Of a stretch of DNA of 64,000 nucleotides, positions 57,826 to 64,000 are shown one piece after another. The stretch's first letter is position 1, and each line of letters opens with the position of its first letter. Position numbers and translations under genes: made by a program. Below the pieces are notes generated by a model. The model was not told the DNA's origin. It was given only the letters and a program-made list of their open reading frames with translations, and searched no databases. The DNA is from Candidatus Latescibacterota bacterium (lineage in GTDB: Bacteria; Latescibacterota; UBA2968; UBA8231), in NCBI GenBank assembly GCA_965221775.1, contig CBDCSU010000006.1, positions 1,568,001-1,632,000 on the forward strand, given 5' to 3'.

Positions 57826-58050
57826 GGGGGTCTCGCCTCGGGCGGGCGTCGCCGGCGGCTCCGGCCGCGCCTCGGCGGCGGCGTACGCCGGAGTGGTTGG
57901 GGGGACTATCGCTGAAGGGGATCCTTGGGGCTGGCGAGCCCCTCGCTGCGCTCGGGTCTCTGGGCCCTCTGAAATGAAGGAGGTGATGACCCCCCGGCGT
58001 AATGCGCCGCGACGGCGCGGCCTGCGCCGCCGGCGACGCCCTTGGAGGGG
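57826..58050 (+). repeat. Dispersed hairpin repeat copy L (module 1)
   Basis: Arms GGGCGTCGCCGGCGGC (57844-59) / GCCGCCGGCGACGCCC (58026-41). Confidence 0.93.
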
Positions 58051-58140
58051 AGGGTTTGTGGTCGGCGGCGTGGCCAAGTGCAGAGGAGGACTCGCGACGG
58101 GAATGTGGTGAAAGATGGACATGGGACTTTGGTGCCGGGA

Positions 58141-58652
58141 TCATGCATCGGGTCTGGTGAGGAGAGCGGGGAGTGTGTCTGGCAGGGATCGGAGGTCGTG
58201 GATGGTCCGGTAGAGCTGCCCGACTCTCGATTCGTTTGATGATTTGTTCAGCCAGATGCTGCGGATTCCCGCGCGGGTGGCTCCGAGGATGTCGTTCTCG
58301 AAGTCGTCGCCGACCATGACGATGCGGTCTCTGTCCATGGGAAGGTCCGTGACGATGTGGTCGAAGAAAGCGGGGGCCGGCTTCTTGTGGCCGATCGTCT
58401 GGAAGCAGAACACCCGGTCCAGCAGGTGGGCGATGCCGCCGCGGTCGAGGGCTCTCCAGACGGAGGGCTCGTCCGAGGCGACGGCGTTGGTGGCGAGGGC
58501 CAGGGTCCAGTGTGGATGTAGTTGAAGCAGGATGTCCTCGACGCCGGGAAGGGTCTCCACCCGGGGCCAGTCGGCCATGGGCCCTCGGCGTCGGGGAAGT
58601 CCCGCATCAGGGTGTTGCCCCAGTCGAAGAGGATGCAGCGGCTCTCTCTCAT
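58141..58652 (-). CDS. HAD-superfamily hydrolase, split by a 1-nt frameshift near 58580
   Basis: ILFDWGNTL in one frame; LATNA, KPAP, MVGDDFENDI.GA in another; ATGA overlap with the MFS stop. Confidence 0.78.
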
Positions 58653-59881
58653 GGGGCGGCTTCCTCTCTCCGGCTCACGAATCCGCGCAGGAAGAGGGCC
58701 GTCGCCGCGATCCCCAGGCCCCCCAGGGCGGCCATGATGCCCACGGAGCCCTGGGCGCCCCAGGTCTCGGCCAGGGCGCCGCTCTGCAGGCGGCCGAAGG
58801 GGCCGACGCCGATGGCCACGACCAGGGTGCCCATGGCGCGGCTGCGCATCTCGTCGGAGGACCTCACCAGGATGATGCTGCTCTGCATGATGCTGAAGCC
58901 GGCCTGCCCGAGGCCGGAGCAGAACAGCATCACGAGGGCCAGGCCGAGGCCGCCGCTGAAGGCGAAGGCGGCGATGCCCAGGCACGACAGCAGCGAGCCG
59001 CCGACGAAGACCCACTCGTTGCTCAGGTTCCTGCGGCCGAGCTGGACGGCGATCAGACCGACGATCGTCCCGGCGCCGCTGGCCGCGCCCAGCCACCCCA
59101 TCGCTTCCGGGCCGAGGCCGTACACGTCGCGGGCGAAGACGGGCAGCAGGTTCATGTAGGGGAAGGTCCAGATGTTCATCAGGACGGTGACGAGGAAGAC
59201 GCCGAAGATCGGGGCCGAGGCCCGCAGGCTCGTCCATCCCTGCCGGCCCGCCCACCCCGACGACCATGTGGCCCCGGCGGGGGCCCTGGAGTCGGTCTTC
59301 ATGCCGGCCAGGAGGATCAGGCCCAGGAAGCCCAGCGCGACCAGCACCAGCAGGGCGCCCAGGCTGCCGTAGGCGGCGGTCACGTAACCCGCCGCCAGGG
59401 GGCCGCCCACGCGCGTGATCCCCTGGATGACGTTCTCCAGCACCATGGCGTCGACGGTGCGGGCCTTGCCGACGAGATCGGGCACCATGCTGCGGCGGGT
59501 GGGCCAGTCCAGGGCCCAGACGGCCCCGAGCACCAGCGACACCGCCGACAGGTGCCAGATCTCGAGCTCTTCGCGGTAGAGGAGGAGCGCCAGCAGCCCC
59601 ATCCCGAGCACGTTGATCAACTGCAAGGTCGAGACGATGTAGCGGCGCCTGAAGCGGTCGGTGATCACGGCGCCGAAGAGACCGACGATCAGCAGCGGAA
59701 TGGCGCGGTAGAAGGCGATGACCTGGACCCACCACGGGGAGTTGGTCACCTCCAGGGCCAGCCACCCCAGGGCCAGCATCTCCATCCACATGGACTGCCA
59801 CCAAAGGCCGTTGGCCAGCCACAGGCGCACGAAGTCGCCGCTGGCCAGGGGTTCGAGGACGCTGCCTCTGGCAAGTCTCAT
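58649..59881 (-). CDS. MFS transporter
   Basis: About 12 TM segments; GAVITDRFRRR, WPTRRSMVPDLV, EMRSRAMG. Confidence 0.88.
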   Translation of the reverse strand: MRLARGSVLEPLASGDFVRLWLANGLWWQSMWMEMLALGWLALEVTNSPWWVQVIAFYRAIPLLIVGLFGAVITDRFRRRYIVSTLQLINVLGMGLLALLLYREELEIWHLSAVSLVLGAVWALDWPTRRSMVPDLVGKARTVDAMVLENVIQGITRVGGPLAAGYVTAAYGSLGALLVLVALGFLGLILLAGMKTDSRAPAGATWSSGWAGRQGWTSLRASAPIFGVFLVTVLMNIWTFPYMNLLPVFARDVYGLGPEAMGWLGAASGAGTIVGLIAVQLGRRNLSNEWVFVGGSLLSCLGIAAFAFSGGLGLALVMLFCSGLGQAGFSIMQSSIILVRSSDEMRSRAMGTLVVAIGVGPFGRLQSGALAETWGAQGSVGIMAALGGLGIAATALFLRGFVSRREEAAP

Positions 59882-59918
59882 GGGGCGGCCTAAATTACGC
59901 GCCAGCCGGCCCAGAGCC

Positions 59919-61370
59919 ATGAACCGCCCCAACATCCTCTTCATCCTCTCCGACCAGCACAGCAAGCACCACCTCGGCTGCTACGGCGACCCGGTGGTGC
60001 GCACCCCGCACCTGGACCGCCTGGCCGGGGAGGGGATGCGCTTCACCAATGCGTACACCGCCTCGCCTTTGTGCGTGCCGGCGCGCATGGCCTTCATGAC
60101 CGGGCGGCGGCCCAGCGCCAACGAGGCCTGGCTCAACGAGCACATCCTCAGCTCGGCCCTGCCCACCTGGGCTCACGCCCTGGGCGCCGCCGGATACGAG
60201 ACCGCCCTCATCGGCCGCATGCACTTCGTCGGCCCCGACCAGCGCCACGGCTTCGAGCGCCGGCCCATCGGCGAGTATGCCATGTATCCCGGAGCGGCCC
60301 GGCAGGGCGCGCCCATGTTCAAGACGATCCCCGCCAGCACCTCGGGCCAGACCCGCGAGTCCGTCGAGATCGCCGGCCACGGCCGCACCACGTACCAGTC
60401 CTTCGACGACCGCGTCGCCGACGCGGCCTGCGCCTACCTGGAGGAACAGGCGCAAGGGCGGGGCCGGCCCTTTGCCGCGGTGGCCGGCTTCCTGCTGCCC
60501 CACTGCCCGTTCTTCGCGCCCAGGGACCTCTACGACTACTACTACGACCGCGTCGACGTGCCGCAGCCCGACCCGGCCGGGGAGCCGGCGGCGGTGACCA
60601 ACTTCAAGAAGCACCGCGGCATCGCCGAGCCCCTGCCCGAAGAGCGCATCCGCGTGGCGCGGGCGGCCTACTTCGGCCTGTGCGAGTACTTCGACCGCAA
60701 GGTCGGCCAGCTCCTCGACACTCTCGACCAGACCGGTCTGAGCGACAACACCCTGGTGGTCTACGCCAGCGACCACGGCGAGATGGCCGGCGAGCACGGC
60801 TGCTGGTGGAAGAGCAACTACTACGAGGGCTCGGTGGGCGTCCCCCTCATCGCCCGCCTGCCCGGGGTGGTGCCCGCCGGCGTGGAGAGCGCGGCGATCT
60901 GCAATCTGCTGGACTGGGCCCCTACCGCCGTGGAAGTGGCCGGCGGCACACCCATGCCCGCCCTCGACGGCCATTCCCTGTGGAGCGAGATGCGGGGCCT
61001 GCCGGACGAGTCCCGGCCCGATGTCACATTCAGCGAGCTGGGGCCGACTCGGGGGGATCCTCCTTCACGGATGATCCGGCGCGGACCGTGGAAGCTGTAT
61101 GCGTATCACGGGGACACGCCTCCGGCGTTGTTCAATCTGGAGGATGACCCGGGGGAGTGGAACGACCTGGCCGGAGATGACGCTTGCCGCGCCGTGCGGC
61201 AGGAGTTGCTGGAGCAGCTCTACGAGGGCTGGGACCCGGAGCGGGTGGCGCGGCGCAGCGCCGAGCTGATGCGGGACTCGGAGGTTCTGGTGGCATGGGG
61301 GGAGGCGGTGCAGCCGGTGCATGAGGATACGCTGGCGGTGGAGGATGTAGAGGATGTGGTGCGCTGTTGA
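59919..61370 (+). CDS. Sulfatase (choline-sulfatase-like)
   Basis: RPNILFILSDQH, TPHLDRLA, SPLCVPAR (CxPxR), GRMH, PH.P, SDHGEM, LFNL..DPGE. Confidence 0.92.
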   Translation: MNRPNILFILSDQHSKHHLGCYGDPVVRTPHLDRLAGEGMRFTNAYTASPLCVPARMAFMTGRRPSANEAWLNEHILSSALPTWAHALGAAGYETALIGRMHFVGPDQRHGFERRPIGEYAMYPGAARQGAPMFKTIPASTSGQTRESVEIAGHGRTTYQSFDDRVADAACAYLEEQAQGRGRPFAAVAGFLLPHCPFFAPRDLYDYYYDRVDVPQPDPAGEPAAVTNFKKHRGIAEPLPEERIRVARAAYFGLCEYFDRKVGQLLDTLDQTGLSDNTLVVYASDHGEMAGEHGCWWKSNYYEGSVGVPLIARLPGVVPAGVESAAICNLLDWAPTAVEVAGGTPMPALDGHSLWSEMRGLPDESRPDVTFSELGPTRGDPPSRMIRRGPWKLYAYHGDTPPALFNLEDDPGEWNDLAGDDACRAVRQELLEQLYEGWDPERVARRSAELMRDSEVLVAWGEAVQPVHEDTLAVEDVEDVVRC

Positions 61371-61730
61371 GGGGTGGTGGGTGGTTCCGCTTGGCCGGGC
61401 GGTGCCGGCGGCTCCGGCCGCGCCTTTGGCGGCGCGTACGCCGGGCCTGGTTGGTTGGGGCTATCGACTGGGGGTGGGTTCGTGGGGCTGGCGAGCCCCT
61501 CGCTTCGCTCGGGTCTCTGGGCCCTCTTGGATGCGTGCAGGTGGTGACCCCGCCCGGCGTAGTGCGCCGCCCAGGCGCGGCCTGCGCCGCCGGCACCGCC
61601 CTGCGTGGGTGAGATCCGGCACACTCTTTCTTGTGAACCGGGGTGGCGCCTGACGGGGTCCTGGGCCGATGGTGGGTCCGGCGCCACTCGATCTGGTGGG
61701 GCGCCAGCTTGGTGGCCTGTTGTTGACGGG
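61371..61730 (+). repeat. Dispersed hairpin repeat copy M (modules 1+2)
   Basis: Arms GGGCGGTGCCGGCGGC (61397-412) / GCCGCCGGCACCGCCC (61586-601). Confidence 0.95.
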
Positions 61731-61747
61731 GTAATCATCACGAAGGC

Positions 61748-63826
61748 ATGGAAATGGGAGCACCTCGCCGCCTGAGCCGCATCATCGAGCACTGGACCCT
61801 GCCTCGGGCGTCCCAGGTGCTCGATCATGTGCGTCGGGCGCGGATCGAGCTGGTGCAGGTGGGGAACTTCGGGGCCGACTTCTATTCGCTGGCCGGCGAC
61901 GAGAGTGTCCCGGCGTCGTGGTCGGGCATGCCTCTCGGCAGCGTGAAGGCCAGTCTCGATCTGGCGGCGGAGGTCATTCCCCGGATCCAGGAAGCCGGGG
62001 CCCTGGTGACGGGGCAGTTGTCGACGACGATGCACTTCGGCAACCACGAGGAGGGCATTGGTCTCTTCGGCCCGAACTGGTCTCGCATGTGGACCGAGGA
62101 TCTGCTGGGCCCGCCGCCGTGCGCTTCCGCCGAAGAGGTGACGCAGCGCGATGCCGACGGCTCCCTGCGGTGGCGCACCATCCCGGGGCGCCCCTACCGC
62201 ACCTATCGCGGCTGCATGAGCAACCCCGGCTGGCTGGCGGTCCTCAAGGCGATGGTGCGCAAGGGGATCGCCCTCGGGCTCGACGGCTTCAACGCCACCC
62301 ACCACTACGAGTCCCTGTGCCACTGCCGGCACTGCTGCGACTATGGGCGCCGCTACCTTGGCGCTCGGCTGACCGAAGAGGAGGTTCAGGCGATTTTCGG
62401 ATGCGCCGACCTCGAGGAGGTGCCCGACGTGTTCACCGCGCGGCCGGATGGCCCGCCGGAGCTGGCCGCCCGGCTGGAGCTCCTCCTCGCCCAGGGCTCG
62501 GCCCTCAAGCGCAAGGAGTCCTTCGACGAGGTCTTCATCGAGTTCGGGCGGTCTCTCAAACCCGACCTGCTGCTGGCGCAGTGGTACCACAAGTACGACT
62601 TCCGGCCCCACGACGAGCGGTCGCTCCTGCCGCGGGAAATGTGGGCCCGGGGCGAGGACTATCTGTGGTACAGCCAGGGGCCGTCCAAGGCGGTCTGCTC
62701 CCTCTCCCAGGGCTACCTGGCGGACATGGGGCTGCCGTCCCGGTTCCTGTACGCCGCCGGCGGCGGCCGGCCCTTCGTCATCAACAAGTACGACTACCGG
62801 CGCTGGCGTATCTGGGCCGCCGAGGCGATGGCCCATCACGGCACGGCGCTCGCCTTTCACGCCGGACCTCCGCGCCTGGATCAGGAGGAGAGCGGCAACG
62901 TCGCGCCGGAGGACTACTACGGGCCCGTCATCCGCTGCCAGCGCTTCATGTTCCAACACGAGGAACTGCTGCACCCGGCGGACCCGTGGTCGCAGGTCGC
63001 CCTCGTCTACCCGGGAAGGGCGGAGATGCAGGCGGAGATGGACTGCCTCGACGCCCTCAAGCGGCTCGGGCAACACCTGGAGGACGGCCACTGGCTCTTC
63101 GACATCCTCCTCGACGAGCAGCTGCTCGAGCGCGCCGGCGACTACGAGGCCCTCGTGCTGCCGGAGGTTCAATGGCTGAGCGCCGCGGAGGGCGAGCGGC
63201 TGGAGGAGTTCGTCCGCGGAGGAGGCCGCCTGGTCTTCACTGGCAACTGCGGACGCCTGGATGTGGACGGGTCGCCCCGCGAGGAGCCGCTGCTTCAGGC
63301 CCTGAGAGCCCCTCCGGCCGCCGGAGCGATCGGCGGCCTCACGGACGGTGCCATGCACATTCCCGATGGACCCTGGGCTCCCGAGGTGCTGCCGATCAAG
63401 GGGCTCCCGCAGGAGATGCCGGTCTTTCCCCGGCTCGAGGACGACCCCTTCGGCCAGCGGTTCCTCGCGGAGCTGGAGGATCTCCTCGGCCGTCCGCGGC
63501 TGGTCACCGACGCACCCTGGTTCGTGCGGGTCCGCGCCTGGCGCCCGCGGGAGGTGGACGCCGTGGTCATCCACTGGATCAACTACCGGCAGGACGAGGA
63601 CGCCGCCATCGAGGTGCCGATGCCGGTGGGGCCGATCGAGGCCGAGTGCGAGGTGCCCGAGGGCTGGCGGGTGAAGCGGGTCGAGTGGCGCTACCCGGAG
63701 ATGCGGGAGCCGGAGGCGCTCGCGCACCGGGAGAGCGAATCCCGCGTCCGCTTCACGATTTCGCGCCTCATCGTCCACGGCATGTGCGTTCTGCATCTGG
63801 GGCCGAGCGGCTCGGGGAGCCGGTGA
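61748..63826 (+). CDS. Hypothetical GH42-like protein with beta-galactosidase trimerisation-like domain
   Basis: C.SNPGW, CHCRHC, VALVYP, Y..LVLPEV..LS......L.EFVRGGG.LV.TG, VIHWINY. Confidence 0.65.
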   Translation: MEMGAPRRLSRIIEHWTLPRASQVLDHVRRARIELVQVGNFGADFYSLAGDESVPASWSGMPLGSVKASLDLAAEVIPRIQEAGALVTGQLSTTMHFGNHEEGIGLFGPNWSRMWTEDLLGPPPCASAEEVTQRDADGSLRWRTIPGRPYRTYRGCMSNPGWLAVLKAMVRKGIALGLDGFNATHHYESLCHCRHCCDYGRRYLGARLTEEEVQAIFGCADLEEVPDVFTARPDGPPELAARLELLLAQGSALKRKESFDEVFIEFGRSLKPDLLLAQWYHKYDFRPHDERSLLPREMWARGEDYLWYSQGPSKAVCSLSQGYLADMGLPSRFLYAAGGGRPFVINKYDYRRWRIWAAEAMAHHGTALAFHAGPPRLDQEESGNVAPEDYYGPVIRCQRFMFQHEELLHPADPWSQVALVYPGRAEMQAEMDCLDALKRLGQHLEDGHWLFDILLDEQLLERAGDYEALVLPEVQWLSAAEGERLEEFVRGGGRLVFTGNCGRLDVDGSPREEPLLQALRAPPAAGAIGGLTDGAMHIPDGPWAPEVLPIKGLPQEMPVFPRLEDDPFGQRFLAELEDLLGRPRLVTDAPWFVRVRAWRPREVDAVVIHWINYRQDEDAAIEVPMPVGPIEAECEVPEGWRVKRVEWRYPEMREPEALAHRESESRVRFTISRLIVHGMCVLHLGPSGSGSR

Positions 63827-63833
63827 GGTGAAC

Positions 63834-64000
63834 GTGAGTCAGCCCGAGCGAACCTTCAAGACAGGGCCCAGCCCGGATCAGCTGCGGGCCATGGACCGCG
63901 ATCTGCGGTTCCACCCCAGCACCACGCGGGAACCCGCCGCCCTCACCCGCCCCCAGATCGAGTCCTTCAACCGGGACGGCTACATCAAGGGCCTGCGCAT
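63834..64000 (+). CDS. PhyH family dioxygenase, N-terminal part; runs off the window
   Basis: Open frame reading DRDLRFHP...LTRPQIESFNRDGYIKGLR after a GAGG RBS. Confidence 0.65.
   Translation, partial: MSQPERTFKTGPSPDQLRAMDRDLRFHPSTTREPAALTRPQIESFNRDGYIKGLR

Noticed and set aside
56192-58144. Long N-terminal extensions in the ORF track (also 52701, 30334-31611, 32176-33114, 15410-17056, 17913, 10196)
   Set aside because: They run through repeats or neighbouring genes; downstream starts fit the family N-termini and usually have an RBS.
19098-61730. Repeat read as a CRISPR array, classical integron attC array or riboswitch
   Set aside because: Copies are long and dispersed with no repeat-spacer period or cas genes. 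There are no RYYYAAC/GTTRRRY ends, no intI, and gene orientation is mixed. Position relative to gene 5' ends is inconsistent.
19019-61763. Recurring short ORFs over the repeats ([16 protein letters not shown]..., [15 protein letters not shown]...)
   Set aside because: Frames, starts and stops differ between copies and many indels are not multiples of three. They are translations of a non-coding repeat.
509-63831. Many long Arg/Pro/Gly-rich or antisense ORFs (e.g. 2291-3871, 19778-21703, 27262-29817, 45539-47782, 61220-63796)
   Set aside because: Shadow frames of real genes in high-GC DNA, with no recognisable motifs.

Overview
High-GC bacterial DNA with about 55 CDS or CDS fragments and no rRNA, tRNA, CRISPR array, integrase or transposase that I can see. 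The gene content (six PhyH-like dioxygenases, three enolase-superfamily proteins, a sulfatase, a heparinase-like lyase, ankyrin proteins, a WD40 protein with an NFPNPFNP C-terminal domain) resembles Latescibacterota/Poribacteria-type, often sponge-associated, bacteria; that placement is inference. Gene order looks scrambled: ilvD and cysS stand alone, there are several orphan antitoxins and truncated gene remnants, and there are two candidate anti-phage modules (PHP-ATPase + AlbA_2/Schlafen-like + KTSC; a lower-GC PARIS-like ATPase + DUF4435 pair). The most striking feature is a non-coding dispersed repeat of about 200-370 bp, with 13 copies or fragments between 19.1 and 61.7 kb. All copies are on the same strand regardless of neighbouring gene direction. 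Each full copy can fold into a long imperfect hairpin whose arms show compensatory substitutions and a compensated indel, and copies often bracket single genes or toxin-antitoxin modules. All calls come from reading the sequence and recalling motifs; no database searches were run.
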